Shown in pieces: positions 38,011 through 51,360 of a DNA stretch of 64,000 bases. This DNA is from Eledone cirrhosa. Lineage: Eukaryota. A program made the position numbers and the translations under genes. Positions within the stretch are counted from its first letter, which is position 1; each line of letters starts with the position of its first letter. The DNA lies in the NCBI GenBank assembly GCA_964016885.1, contig OZ024742.1, forward strand, positions 237,398,001 to 237,462,000, in the 5' to 3' direction. The notes under the pieces were generated by a model that worked only from the letters and a program-made list of their open reading frames with translations, was not told the DNA's origin and did no database searches.

Positions 38011-38336
38011 CATCATCATCATTTTACGTCCGCTTTTCCCTGCTTGCAAGGGTGGGACAGGAACTGATTCTGGCTTGATTTCTACAGCTGGATGCCCTTC
38101 CTAACACCAACCTCATTTACAGTGTAGGCTGGGTGCTTTTTTTTTGCTGTGGCACCTCTTTGCAATGGAATGATATGGACTCCAGTCCCTATCATCTCAT
38201 TTCTACAGCTGAGTAAACTGGAGCAATCTGAAATAAAGTGTCTTGCTCAAGGAAACAACACATCACCCGGTCTGGGAATTGAACTCACAACCTTTCGATT
38301 GCAGGGCCAATGCTCTAACCACTAAGCCATGTGCCT
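38011..38336 (-). mobile_element. SINE family B, full length
   Basis: (CAT)n tail at 38011; tRNA-like head ending ...ctaagccatgtgcct. Confidence 0.85.
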
Positions 38337-38999
38337 CCTCAATTATATTACTAAATCGTTCCAAATTTTTGGTTATTTTCAATATTATTATTGTCATGAG
38401 AAGTTGTTATATCCTTAGCAGGACTAAAGAGCCCTTTCTACTCTCCTTTAGATTGCCTACCACTTTACAGAGTGTACTGGGTGCGTTTTATTGTGGCACC
38501 AACACTAGAGAGGTTACCTCACCCCCTGCCAGGTTAAAGACCCATCTCTAGTTTATAGTCTTCTTTCTGTGAAGGTGAATGGGATTTACAGTGTGACTAC
38601 TTATTTAAAAGTTATAAATCTAACTTTTTTTGTTATACAATAATCATCACACCATATTTTATGTCCACTTTTTATGTGGCATAGGTTGGACAAGTTGTTA
38701 CGGTCTAATTCAGTTCATATTTGGAGTTACTGCTCCGTTAGATAGCTCAGGAGATCACATCACACTCATCATCATTTAATGTCTGTCTTCCCTGCTAGTC
38801 ACTTTTTCACAGGCCAAGTTAGTGCTGAAGCAGAACTACAGGGTTATCAGATGGGCTAACAGCCTGTGTCTTTCTCACATCTTATTTACATATGATCCTG
38901 TGTTCTACTGAGTGCAGTTTCAATTACATATATTACTATATAAATAAAGATTATTGAACTATAATGAAGATTTTTGTTTTTGATGGTTTTATTTTGTAG

Positions 39000-39078
39000 G
39001 TATGTTATTTTGGACACACCTGGTCAAATTGAAGTATTCACATGGTCAGCTTCTGGAAGTATTATTACTGAGGCTCTG
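39000..39078 (+). CDS. GPN1: GPN1 coding exon 6
   Basis: [26 protein letters not shown] (G3 motif DTPGQ). Confidence 0.96.
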
Positions 39079-40084
39079 GTAAATAAATTATGCAAGAGCT
39101 TTTAAATTATTTTTACATCATTATAACTTTGCCTTTCATCCTTACAGAGTCAATAAAATAAAGTACCAGTAATACACTGGGTAATTGCTGGCCTTGTGCC
39201 AAAAGTAGAAACAATTATATGTTATTATAGATGTATAGGGAAATCATGTCTCACTCAAATGTTTTATTTGGTATGGTTTCTACAGCTGGAGACCTGACCT
39301 AATACGAACCACTTTACAGAGAGTACTGGGTATGTTTTATTGTGGCACCAGCACTAGAGATGTTACTTTGTTTCTTGCAAGATTCAAACATTCTCTCTGT
39401 TTCATCTTATCTGTATGTGATGAATAAGTTGGTTGGAGAGGGGGTAATGGAAGAGAGACAATTTTAGGCAGCTTAATGTTTCATTCAAACATCGAAATTT
39501 AACTATCAGTCAATTTTCTAAACCTAGAAATGGAAACAAGGTGGATAGAACCACTATTTTTGACCTTATACCTATGTTAGAACCATACTCTTTGACAATT
39601 ATGTATGTCTGTCCACTTTATTCCACCTCCAGGAGTATGTTACTTGATTTTTTTCTCAACTATTATTATGGTCACTTGCGTTGGGATGCACATTCCTCAA
39701 AGTCAACCGCTTTGTTTATCTTATTTAATAGTTCTCTGTGTATTTCAAGATTTTGGATGCATTTATCTGGTTTAGAATAGATAAACCATATCCCTGTGTG
39801 TCATAAGAGGCAACTAAAAGGGTTGCTGCCAAGAAGGCTATCTGGCTGTAAAATATTACCTTAATCAATAGGAAGTCTGTTATGTGGCTTGCATAGTAAA
39901 TTCTTGCTTTAACAGGGAAAATGACCTTAAAACACTTGTGTGTAATTGCTGATATATGCTATGTATCCAGTTTAGAATAGTTATGCTGTATCCTGTACAT
40001 TCTTTCCTGCTTATTGATTCAAGCTATTCCTATATATAGAAATAGAGAGAAAGTGATGCCTGAATGAGTATCCTCCACCTCCAA

Positions 40085-40390
40085 TTAACTTACCCTCTGC
40101 CGCTTAGTCCTGGCCAACCGGATGGAGAATACATTACCCCAGACAATGGTGAGCGAGACATGCTGGAACAGCCACTCTAACTTGCAGGGCTCGCACCTGT
40201 GGGTGGCCAACTCTGCTCCAATAGCAGTGAGTAGGGATGTGGTCCAGGGGCTAAGAATGTCAGCAGTCTCCATTACTACAGGCTTTACCACAAACCTACC
40301 AGAGACCGGCCGATACTTAGACAGTTTGCCCTCTTCGGCTTGGTGGGCAGCAGAGCCTGGGCTGGTAGCCAAACACCAAGTTGCCACTGA
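40085..40390 (-). mobile_element. Restriction-like endonuclease tail of a CRE-type non-LTR retrotransposon
   Basis: GSAAHQAEEGKLSKY...PVVMET...WLFQHVSLTIVWGN resembles AAxxAExxKxxKY...PxxxET...LFQRLSxxxQRGN. Confidence 0.65.
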
Positions 40391-40803
40391 CTAAAATGGT
40401 TGGTTCCTGGCAGGATAGCAATCTGTAAAACATTGCCCTGTAAAAGACTCCATGATGAGTATGAAGCCTGTCATGAGTCATGCCAAGTTAACCCCTGCTT
40501 TAGCAAGGAAAATGGCCTTAAAATGCTTATTATTGTTTTTGTATTTCTATATTTTAAGGGTTGTGTTAACTCCTAATGCCCTTGCCACATGATATAGATT
40601 AGCATGATATACTTTAAAAATAGCACAATAGCACTATGACTACAACATGTTAAATATCAAATATTTACTTTAATACTGTAAATCTTCACATCAGTCCATC
40701 CACTAGTAAAGATATAAACATATGAATTAAACCTGTTTTTAGATATTTTCTGCTGAATTATTTCTGCATGTTAAGAGTTAATATAATTTCCCCCTAATTG
40801 CAG

Positions 40804-40944
40804 GCATCTTCATTTCCTACTGTGGTTGTATATATAATGGATATTTCCCGCAGTGTCAGCCCTGTCACATTTATGTCCAACATGCTTTATGCCTGTAGTA
40901 TTCTCTACAAAACTAAGCTGCCATTTATTGTAGTGATGAACAAG
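40804..40944 (+). CDS. GPN1: GPN1 coding exon 7
   Basis: [47 protein letters not shown]; CAG| and |GTAAGT. Confidence 0.96.
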
Positions 40945-41104
40945 GTAAGTAAATTTTCATTATCATTTAATGCTTTCTGGGCTATGGATTGGCAGCATCA
41001 TTTGGACAAAATACTCTGCACTATTTATTTAGGCTCTCTGTATTCTGAGCTTAAATCCTGCTCAGGTTGATAAAATAAAGTAACAGTCAAGTAATGGCAT
41101 TGAT

Positions 41105-44060
41105 TTCTGGTCAACAAATGCCAAGTAGAGGGCTTTACTTTTAGCTAGGTATTTCTCCTGCAGTTGCCACTTAAGTAAGAGAGCATTTGTGGTACATTTA
41201 CTTAGCACAAATCTGAACTGCATCTCATTTAGGTTAATTCGGTCCCTAATCAGTGGTAACAATGACTCTTTCTGTAACTTTCATAACCTGGTCCATCAAT
41301 TTGATGCGTCAGTAGTTTCCTGCATCACCTTTGCCCTGGTAACAATTGACAATCATGCTGCTTTGCCAGTCAGTGGGTTTAACACTATTTTGTATTACTT
41401 GGTTCACAATATGAGTGGCTATGGTGTGGCCTACCATCCCAGATGCTTTTAGCATCTCAGCAGCTATTCTTGATGGCCAGGCTGATTTGCCTGTCTTCAT
41501 ATCCTTATTGCCTTACTACGCTGCCACTGACTTGTACAACTGGTTTTTTCTGTTGGGTCTACTTGGGGCAGGCTATTTTCCTCTCACTCGTACTCCTCAT
41601 TCGTCAGTCTCTCATAATGATACTTCCATGTTGTCTTCTTTTCAGCATCAGTGAGGGTAAATGCACCATTATCATCTCGGATACACTTCTTCCCAGCAAC
41701 ATCACTATTTTCCCCGACACACTGCCTCGTGATCCTGTACACCTTGTGTCACATAACATGCATAAACTTTTTATTTTTTGCTTCCCTCCTTGCAGAGTAT
41801 ACTTGTTGCCTAGCCTCTCCTGCCTCTTGATAAAGTTCTCTGCTTCCCCCATTTTTTCCATGCCTGTCTCTTAGCCTTAATTATTTCCTCCACCCTACTA
41901 TTCCACAACCAAGTCACTCTCCTACTCCCTTGGCCTCTAATCCAGCCACATACCTCATTTGTGGCCTTCAGTAGATTATCTCAAGAACATCCACTACTCC
42001 TCTATATTGTATGTCGCTATTTCTTCCTTATTTTCAAAAGCATCAAGTAGGATAATCCTAAATTTGTTACTGGCTGAGGGTTCCTTAAACTTTCATATCC
42101 TCCTCCTCCATGTTGATTTCTGTCTCCGAGTTTATCTAGCTCTAATAAACATGTCACTAACTATCAGGTCATTAAGTATGAAATGTCCGATTTCATCTCA
42201 AAAAAGAAGCAGTGCAATTAATCAAAGTATGCGCCTAAATTATCAACACACTTTTGTCATCTTGTAATTTGTTTATACCTGGAGGGCGAGAGGCAAGGAA
42301 ACTACGAAAGGCTGTTTTCGCAACTTCTTGAGAATTGAATATTTTTCCTTGCAAGAAGTGGTCCAATGCCTGGAAGACATGATAGTCAGTTGGTGCAAGG
42401 TCTAGTGAATATGGTGGGTGACAGACAGTTTCTATGTCCAGCTTTAGCAGCATTGTTTGTGAGACATGTGGTTGATTGTTGTCTTGCAAGAGAATTGGCC
42501 CATCTCTATTGACCAATCTCGGCTGTTTAATCGCAAGCACCCTCATCATTTCATCCAATTGGTTGCAGTATACATTCGCTGTAATCGATTGGCCAGGTCT
42601 CACAAAGCTGTAGTAGATGATGTCAGCACTAGCCCACCAAACAGACACTATTAGCTTTTTTTGATGAATATTTTGTTTTGCACTGTGTTTCGGCACTTGA
42701 TCTTTATCCAGCCATCGTACTGAATGCTTGCAATTGTTGAAAAGAATCCATTTTTCATCACACGTAACAATACAATGCAACGCCATGACAGCAAAGAACA
42801 ACATGTTTTGAGACCAGTTCTCTTCTGATATTCATTCAATTCCTGTGGAACCCATTGGTCCAGCTTCTTTACCTTGTTGATTAGTTTCAATGGACTAATA
42901 TTGTTGGAATAGTAATGTCAAACCATGCCACTAATTCACACGTAGTTTGAGATGTATCTGCTTCCACTAGTTTTCAGCCCATTATCCACCTTGGTCACAG
43001 GTCTCCTGCGTGGCTTATTTTCAAAATTAAAGTCGTCAGAAGGGAACTTCTTAAACCATCAACGTACTGTGCGTTCATCAGCCACACCCTCACCAAACAC
43101 CTCATTGATGTTTCAAGCTGTCCGATGCATTGGTTCCACTACGAAACTCATATTCAAAAACAACATGGATTATTTACATATCCATGGGTTCACAAAAATT
43201 GATCTGAAACAAACAATTCAAAAGACAATCACAAAGCAAAATGTGCATTTGAAAAACTGATGATGTAGTTGCGCAATAAAATGAGACTAAGAACTCTTGT
43301 GGTGAAATGTTAGAGATAGCGACTCTCAAACACAGTGCTTAAGAAAATTGAACATTTCGTACTTAATGACCTAATGCAAGATTATGTTGGGAGGTGCATT
43401 CGTCGCCAGGGAAGGATTTTGTGTTTACGACCATCGTTCTATTTTGCCATCTGGTGAGGATAAAATCTATCTGGCTGGTGTGCTTCCCTGATCTATAGGT
43501 GATCAAGTGGCTGTTTGTGTTTTTTTAAGTTCATTAGTTTCACAGAATTCTAGGAGCCTGAATCATTTCTCATTTCTAGCACAGGACCCATAACCCTCAT
43601 GGATCCTGTTGAAGTCATCACTGTGTTGCCCAACATGTCTGTTAAAGTGTCCTGCTATGACTAAGAGTTCCTTGTCACTCACTAGCAAGGTTGCCTGCAT
43701 GAGGGATTTGAAAAAAAATTCATCTGATTATGGTGCATATGCAGATATAATAGTAAGAGTTGTTCTATCTAGGACCATCTTGAGTTTAATGTTTCTGTCA
43801 TTTACTCTGCTTACTGTGATTGCATTATCTACACATTTTCCTGCTAAGAGAACCTACTCCACATAGCCTGTAATCATTTCCCACCCAGAAAAATTTGTAT
43901 TGTTGTTCTTTACAGCAAGAAATCTAGCTGATCCTCCTTTCTATTTTGTCTCTTGTACACAACACACATTCACTCTCTTTTGCTCTAACATCTCTACAAT
44001 CTCACCGATCATCTGCATATAGTTCCTATATTGATTGTCACAGCTCTGAAGTTTTGGAGT
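41105..44060 (-). mobile_element. Decayed RTE LINE interrupted by a mariner
   Basis: Fragments homologous to RTE EN (43380-44050) and EN-RT linker/RT start (41105-42160: MKTGKSA, QLQEKYLAKSKALYLAFVD). Confidence 0.85.
42164..43374 (-). mobile_element. mariner (DD34D) transposon, ~1.2 kb, defective
   Basis: ~30-bp TIRs T(C/T)AGGTCATTAAGTA.GAAATGT; TA on the left flank, TG on the right; WVPQEL, TCDEKW, QDN and YSLDLAPTDY motifs. Confidence 0.92.
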
Positions 44061-45002
44061 TTTCTGGAAGAAGGGGTTGGTTTCTGTTTCTGAAATAAAG
44101 ATAGTTTGCATGGTCACCTGAAGCTGAGTGGTGGGTTCATAGTAAGGGGATGTATATACGAGTCATGACAATACTCGTGCCAAGCTGTATTGGCTCTTGC
44201 CTTTCGCTTGGACAACATTGTTGTTGTGGAAATGGGAGAATTGCTTGCATAAGCAACTGCTGATCTTCCATAAAACACTTTGATGAAGCTTGTGCACTGG
44301 ATAGGCAAACCCATAATGTGTCAATTGTGGGTGTAAACCCATGGCCAGTCATAACCAAAGGTGCCCCTTTCCTTTATCCATGCTGTCTTGGGATTTATTG
44401 CCCTGCTGTAAGAGAACTATCTGTATGTGTTTGTGCTGTGCCGGCTAGGCTGTGTGGTCCAGCATTATAAAATTTGACCTTACTGGATTGCTATAAGTCT
44501 TCCCTTGTCACAGTCACTTTCTAATTAAGCACATTATTCATTAACTATTTGCATTTTGGTGGATTAGTGGAATTATTTGTTACCATATTCTAACTTACTA
44601 TTACATTAATGTTTGGAACATAATTTAAGAAAGGTTCTTACATAAAATTATGATGGAACGTTTTTATATAAATATAAATTTTTGCCTGTCACTGTCCCTG
44701 ACAGCATTTGGCTGTTTTAATGGCTGTTCTAGTGATGAGTTTTCTCATTTTTGTCTGTATTCAAGTGCACTCTTGCTTTGTCTCATTCAGAAACAACAAT
44801 GTTTTTCATATAAATATACACACTTTAAAACAAACAGCTAATCACTTTAGAACCAGGGGTGGTTTCAGGTAGTTTGGTACCAAAAGGGGGCTAAATACTC
44901 ATGCATTGTCATGCACTCTGTATGCTAGCTATACTGATACATTTGATATTCTTAAATACACATCCCTTCCTAAACTTTCCTTTCTGTTATTTCTGTATCC
45001 AG

Positions 45003-45149
45003 ACAGATATTGTGAGCCATGAATTTGCAGTAGAATGGATGACTGATTTTGAGACTTTTGAAGAAGCCCTACAGAATGAAACTTCTTATGTTTCCAACTT
45101 GACTCGGTCAATGAGTTTAGTATTGGATGAGTTTTACACTAACCTCAAG
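45003..45149 (+). CDS. GPN1: GPN1 coding exon 8
   Basis: [49 protein letters not shown] (completes NKTD G4). Confidence 0.95.
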
Positions 45150-45654
45150 GTAAATAAATCTAACTTTACTTTTTCGATGTAATTTTTAAAGGTATTTGGG
45201 TAATCAGGAAAACTGTGACTTGGGCCAGTTTCTTCTGAAAATTTTCAAAGAAAAATATTTACAAAAGTTTTACTCCATTGTGTTTTTAGAATATATTTAT
45301 TGTCACTTTTAATATTGATGTTATTGTTGTGTGTATTCAGTTTATAATAGTTCCACCGTGTCCTTGCACATTGTAAGAAGTGACTGAAAAGGCTGGCACC
45401 AGGAAGGGCATCTGGCTGTAAAACATTACCTCAATCAGATTTTATATAAGTATGATTAAGCCTGTTATAGTATCCATAAGGCTTAACCTTGTTTCAGCAA
45501 GGAAAATAGCCTTAAAACACTTGTTTTTAGTATGGTGCATATTGATATGGAAAAGGTTAATAAATGTTTCTGGAAATAGCTCTTTTTTATTCAATGTTAA
45601 CATGTGTATAATAGAGAAATTTTCTTAACTTCTCTATATTTCATCAAATTCCAG

Positions 45655-45737
45655 TCTGTTGGGGTGTCAGCTATCACTGGTGTAGGATTCCCTGAATTCC
45701 TCAAACTTGTTGATGATGCCACAGAAGAATATAAACA
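45655..45737 (+). CDS. GPN1: GPN1 coding exon 9
   Basis: SVGVSAITGVGFPEFLKLVDDATEEYKQ (G5 SA motif); CAG| and |GTAAGT. Confidence 0.93.
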
Positions 45738-46177
45738 GTAAGTTCTATGAATCCATTGATTTATCTACAGTTTAACCCTTTCATTACCATATTTCTAATG
45801 AAAGACAGTACCTGTGAATTTCTAATCATTTTGAATATAATCAAGAATTTGGAGGGATTTAATAATATAACTCACTTTCTCATTATCAAGCAGGTATTTG
45901 GAACATAACAAAGGTTCTTACATAAAATTGTGATGAAAGATTTTTAAAATAAATATAAACTTTTTAAAATGATTGTATTTATTGTTTTAAAATTTGAAAT
46001 TATTGTTTTTTCATATAAATATAAACCTTTAAAATTTATTATAGAATAAGGGATGGTGTCAAGCATTTTGTTATAAACTAGTGTTTGAAGGATAACTTAA
46101 CAAAAGTTTTTATAAAATTATGATGGAAGCTTTTTAGATGAATATAAATCTTTAAAATGGTGGTATTTATTATTTTT

Positions 46178-46361
46178 GGTGGATTGGTAGTATCGGTAAA
46201 GGGTCGGACGCCATGCTTTGCAGCAAAGAGTTACGGCCCTTTATGGTCTGAGTTCAAATCCCACCGAGGTTAACTTTGCCTTTCATCCTTACGGGGTCGA
46301 TAAAATAATGTACCAGTAATACACTGGGATAATTGCTGGCCTTGTGCCAAAAGTAGAAACA
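46178..46361 (+). mobile_element. Full-length SINE family A (~185 bp)
   Basis: A box TGGTAGTATCGG, B box GAGTTCAAATCC, gcctttcatccttacggggtcgataaa core; TSD ATTATTTTT. Confidence 0.85.
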
Positions 46362-47136
46362 ATTATTTTTAGATATATATAAACATTTTGAAATTATTAT
46401 ATCAAAGAAGTAGGAGTGGGGTCAGGTTGTTTGGTGTTAGAAGGCTTAATACATAATTCTCAGGATCAGCAAGAAACTGCTTTTATTTTCCAATGCTTGC
46501 ATGCGTTAGATGGGTTGTCACATACTGAGGCCAGATTAGTTAGATAACCAAAACATTATCACACAGTCAGTCAGTTTCAGCAACTGGATCAGTTACACAG
46601 ATGGGCACATTCAAACAAAGATGTAGGGTGTGGAGACAGTCGGTCTTTTGAAAATAACAATAGAGATATGAGTTTCAGATTACATCAGAATTTCACAATA
46701 TTTGATGCAGTGGTGAGGAATTATCTGTAAATTCAGCTAAAGAAGTGCCATGGGAAAAAAAGGGTTCAGCTTAGAGTTATTGAGAGTGCTCTGCTAAGAA
46801 TAAATACCTATCTTTCAGAAAAAATGAACAAATAACGATTTGGATACCAGGCCATAAAAAGATAAGAGGAAATAGGAAAGTAGATGAATTAGAAAAGGAG
46901 AGAGAATAAAAGGAAATAATAAATATAGACTATATTATTACTCAAGGGTGGGAAGAATCTAGAGATTAGCTCCCAAATTTCAATCCTTCACTTTCTCAAA
47001 TCAGATCTGTCAACATTTAAAACATATCAGACGCTGAGCAATGTTAAATATATCATTTGTTGTAGGTACTATACTGTTTCATGCCAAACATTTCTCTCAT
47101 CATCAGTATAATATACAAAACTGCTTCCTTTTTCAG

Positions 47137-47252
47137 AGAATACCTTCCAATGTATAACAAACTACGAAAAGAAAATGAAGCTGAAATTGAAAAAGAAACA
47201 CAGAAACAAATAAACAGAGCGAAAGAAGATATGATTGCTGATGATATTAAAG
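47137..47252 (+). CDS. GPN1: GPN1 coding exon 10
   Basis: EYLPMYNKLRKENEAEIEKETQKQINRAKEDMIADDIK; phase-compatible splice sites. Confidence 0.88.
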
Positions 47253-47992
47253 GTAGATAACTCTGTATATGTAATAGTCTCTTGTCTTTCAGTGTTCGTG
47301 TGTGTCTTCATCGTTTTACATCGACTTTTCCATGTTGATTCATTACAGTTTTTATAAATGAAAACCTTGAAATATTTTCATTGTTGTTGTTTATTAGTAT
47401 ATCCATACATCTGTATGTGTATTTTTTTGCCGGTGCTACAGTAAAATGCACTCAGTACACTCTGTAAAGTGTTACTGTTGGTGCATCCAATTGTAGAAAT
47501 CATTCGAAATATGGAACGTATGAGTAAAATAAAGTCGCTCCAACCTATCTGGTCTCGGACTGTGACAACCCGTCACAGCAAATAGTGATGTTGATGGTGG
47601 TTTAGAATAGATATACCATATCCCTGCATGTTATGAGAGACAACTAAAAGGGCTGGCAGCACGAAGGGCATCTAGTCATTAAACATTGCCTAAAAAAAAA
47701 CCTTATGGATATGTAACCTGTCATTGGCCCTAAGAGGCTGACCCCTGCTGTAGCAGGGAAAATGGTGTTCTTTTCTAAGATGACAAGGTGTGATTAAATA
47801 TAGATTTAACTGCTACTTCTGGCTGTTTAAGTGCCGACATAGAGGCTCCTTCAAGTGTTGTTTTATTCAGATATATCTATATTTGAATAGATCAAAATAT
47901 TTCCAAAGCTGAGATATATGTTTAATGAAATTACTTTTTTTTTTTTTCCATCAAGAAAATTATAAACTTTCCATTATGTTAATTCTCTACAG

Positions 47993-48091
47993 AAACATTT
48001 GGTAAACCTTACCCAGGAATTGCTATTACCCCAGGTGTTATTGAGAGTGACAGTGATGCAGAATTTGCTGGAGACCCCGATGATTTCATTG
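47993..48091 (+). CDS. GPN1: GPN1 coding exon 11
   Basis: ETFGKPYPGIAITPGVIESDSDAEFAGDPDDFI; CAG| and |GTAAGT; phase 1-1; acidic low-conservation tail. Confidence 0.78.
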
Positions 48092-49545
48092 GTAAGTGAG
48101 ACTTATTTTATGTGTATTTTTTTTACTATTTAGTCAGAGAGGGAAGGGCAATGCCAATGACCTTTATCAAGATTATAGACTTAATCTTTTACCTAGTCTA
48201 ACACCACCTGGGCCTTGGGTGCCTTCGAGATTGGTGGCAAGGAGGGAGGAAAGTTTCCTCAAATCAGAAACCTGGTCCAAATATTTACAACAGAGGTTTT
48301 ACTTCTTGCTAATCCTAATAATTGCTTATTAACTCTTTTCATAATAAGCTGTTTGAAATCATTCCTGGTTCAACAATACAAAACTGCTTACCTTGTTGTA
48401 AACATGGAGGTGATGTTAAACCAGCTTTTATTTTTGCATTCAGTAAATTGGCAGAGTTGTTAGTAAATAGAATAAAATGCCTTGCAGTGTTTGTTCTATT
48501 CTCTGTGCTCTAAGTTCAAATCCTGCCAAAGTCAACTTTGTCATACATAATTTTGGGGTTAATAAGATAAGTACCAATCGTGGGTAATGTTAGGATATCG
48601 GATGAGATACGTTGGAGTATTTGTTTCAGCTTTTTGCATCTAAGCTCTTTGGTGGTAGACATAATTCTTTGCTTGGTCAAACACCACTACTTGGTTCTTG
48701 AGTGCTTTTGTTCTGAAGATAACTTTCTCCCACCAATCTTGGATACCCTGAAAAAATAGAGCATCATGAGTGCATCCCTTTCTTCACTGACTAAACTGAA
48801 AATATAAAAACAAATACACTTAAGTAACTTTCCACTTTCACCTGTTCTTAAAATACACACATTTCCACCTCTTCAGATATTGTATACAATCAATCCCACT
48901 CATTCCCTACTGATCCCAAAAGATCCTTCAGAGTTTGTACATAATGATTTTTCTCTCAGATACAGCAATTATTTATATTTAACAATTTTAATACCAACTG
49001 CCTGGAAGCACCCATAGTTCGACAATACTGTGGCAGTAATGGTGTTATGATAAAATGTACCTAGCTTAATCTGTAAAGTGGTAGTACTGGTTTCACAAAG
49101 AAATGCACTCAAACCACACTGTAAAGTGTTAGTGCTGGTGCTACAAAAAAAGTATCCAGTCCACTCTGTCAGGGGGTAGTGGTGATGCCATGAGAAAGTG
49201 AACCCAGTACATGCCTTAAAATGATTAGCATTATCCAGCCATAGAAACAATGCCAAAATGAAATGTATCAGCAATACAACCATCTGATGTTTCTTGCCTC
49301 ATAATGTGACAACCTGCCTAATTTATGCAAGCATGAAAAATATATGTAAACCTGTGATGATATTTATATTTATCTAAAAACCTTCCATCATAATTTTATG
49401 TAAGAATCTTTATTAATGAGAAATATTACTAAATTCCTTAGAATTCTTGATTATTTTCAAAGTTATTTAAAAATTATAAGTAGTGATTTTAATTAGAAAT
49501 ATGGTAACAAAAAAGTTAAACATTTTCCCCCATCTTATTTTCCAG

Positions 49546-49643
49546 ATGAAGAAGAACAACGAGAGCAAGACTCATTTAAACGTTTCTTAGAGAGACATCG
49601 CGAGAAACAGATTGAGAAAGTTAAGAACCAACATAAAAGCTGA
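49546..49643 (+). CDS. GPN1: GPN1 last coding exon
   Basis: DEEEQREQDSFKRFLERHREKQIEKVKNQHKS*; exons sum to 1161 nt = 386 aa plus stop. Confidence 0.85.
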
Positions 49644-49782
49644 TGATTTCAGTTTTAATTTTATAAAAAATTTCATTGGATTTTATATTAAAAAGACTCC
49701 ACTTAACATGAGCTGCTTTATTTGCTGAATAAGTGAGTTTAACAACTGCAAAGTGGACACTTGAAGGCTTATTGGATTTGTA

Positions 49783-49813
49783 AATAAAAATATTACATTT
49801 TTTAAGAAATAAA
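49783..49813 (+). terminator. Candidate polyadenylation signals
   Basis: AATAAA at 49783 and 49808, followed by a GT-rich tract at ~49828-49842. Confidence 0.4.
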
Positions 49814-51160
49814 TGAAAAGTCAAAGAGTTTTGTGTGTTTTTGAATAACCCTTCCATAATGTAATTGCTTTAGTTTTATCACATGGTCTCAGAAAAGAGC
49901 CATTTGCCAGACAAGTGCAACTGTGGCTAAAATGACTCTTCTACAATGTAATTACTTTAGTTCCAACACATAGTCTCAGGTCATGTTACTTGCCAGATAA
50001 GTACAATTGTGACTAAAATTACTCTTCCATGATAGAATTACTTTACTTTAAATACAGCTTATTTCTAATGTTGCCTTCAGCAAAACTGCCTTGCTCGACT
50101 GTGTGACACTGTAGTGTAGCCATTATAATGATTATTATAGTCTGGAAACATTGATGGATTTGGGAACTTTGCTATTAAAAAAAAGTCTTTTATAAAAATG
50201 GTATATACTAGTTGTATTTTAGTGCAACACACACATACACACACATGTATATATACATACATCATAGAAGAACCATTTTAACTATTCAAGAACAGACAAA
50301 ATATGTTATATTCACTATATTTATTGAGATGTTAACATTTTCATATTTCTGTGACTTGGTCACTGACAATTCCACTGTGACTTAGTTAAAAATTGCTTAC
50401 TGACAAGTTTTTATAAGGTTTCCAGGGATATTTTTTACTTTTTTATCTTTTTTTTTTATTGAACTTTCGACCATACATATTTCTATATAGCTGTTGTTGT
50501 TTTGGCCACTAACCTGAGCACTGCTGCTTGTAATGTAGAGGAGTGGAAAATCTAAAAATAACTGATTCCTTTTCATGCTAGTTACCATCAAGACTTCCTG
50601 CATCCTCAGTCCTCTGACTGCTGTTTTTTTCTGCAAAATCAAGAGGGGTGCATCCCACCAGAGGAAGAAGCTCCATGAGGTAGAGTGGCTGGTGCAGTGG
50701 TTGTTGCTAGCTGTTCTCAGTGGCAGTGATTTCACCATCGTGGGGTGCAACTGAGATATATCACCTAACCAAGAGATTAAAGCTTCTTCCTCCCTTCTTT
50801 CCTACTTTTCTCAATATTTAATTTTGTTGTTTTGGGATGATCTTTTGACATGGGCTGCCATTAGTCACTTTTAGGTTCAATTTCTCTGTGTGCATACTTA
50901 TTTGTTTGCACATTCCATTGTTACAATTCCTTCCATTTTTGTTTGTCTTTTGTCATAGTTGTTGGTTTTGCTAAGTATATATAGTATGTTTGGAATGTCT
51001 GTTTATAGTATAATTCTATTGAATTTAGATTCTTGCTAAGAAGAACAAAAACAAACAGATTGAACCAAATAATACATTATAATATAATAAATAAATTGTA
51101 CATAATATATATTTGTAGACACTCCTACTTGTATATATCTACATGTGTGTGTGTATATAT

Positions 51161-51360
51161 ATCATCATCATCATCATCATTTTACGTCCGCTTTTCCCTG
51201 CTTGCAAGAGTGGGACGGGAACTGATTCTGGCTTGATTTCTACAGCTGGATGCCCTTCCTAGCACCAATCTCATTTACAGTGAGTGCTGGGTGCTTTTTT
51301 TCCGTGGCACCTCCACGACCACTTTGCAGCTGAGTAAACTGGAGCAATGTGAAATAAAGT
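51161..51360 (-). mobile_element. SINE family B fragment
   Basis: Same tail and body as 38011-38336, internally deleted and 5'-truncated at (TA)n. Confidence 0.8.

Noticed and set aside
46178-46270. tRNA gene (A and B boxes)
   Set aside because: It is the head of a multi-copy SINE with a TSD, and does not form a proper cloverleaf.
48630-48760. Minus-strand acceptor followed by GIQDWWEKVIF, possibly a Tc1 remnant or an exon
   Set aside because: Too short and degenerate; no TIRs or further motifs seen.
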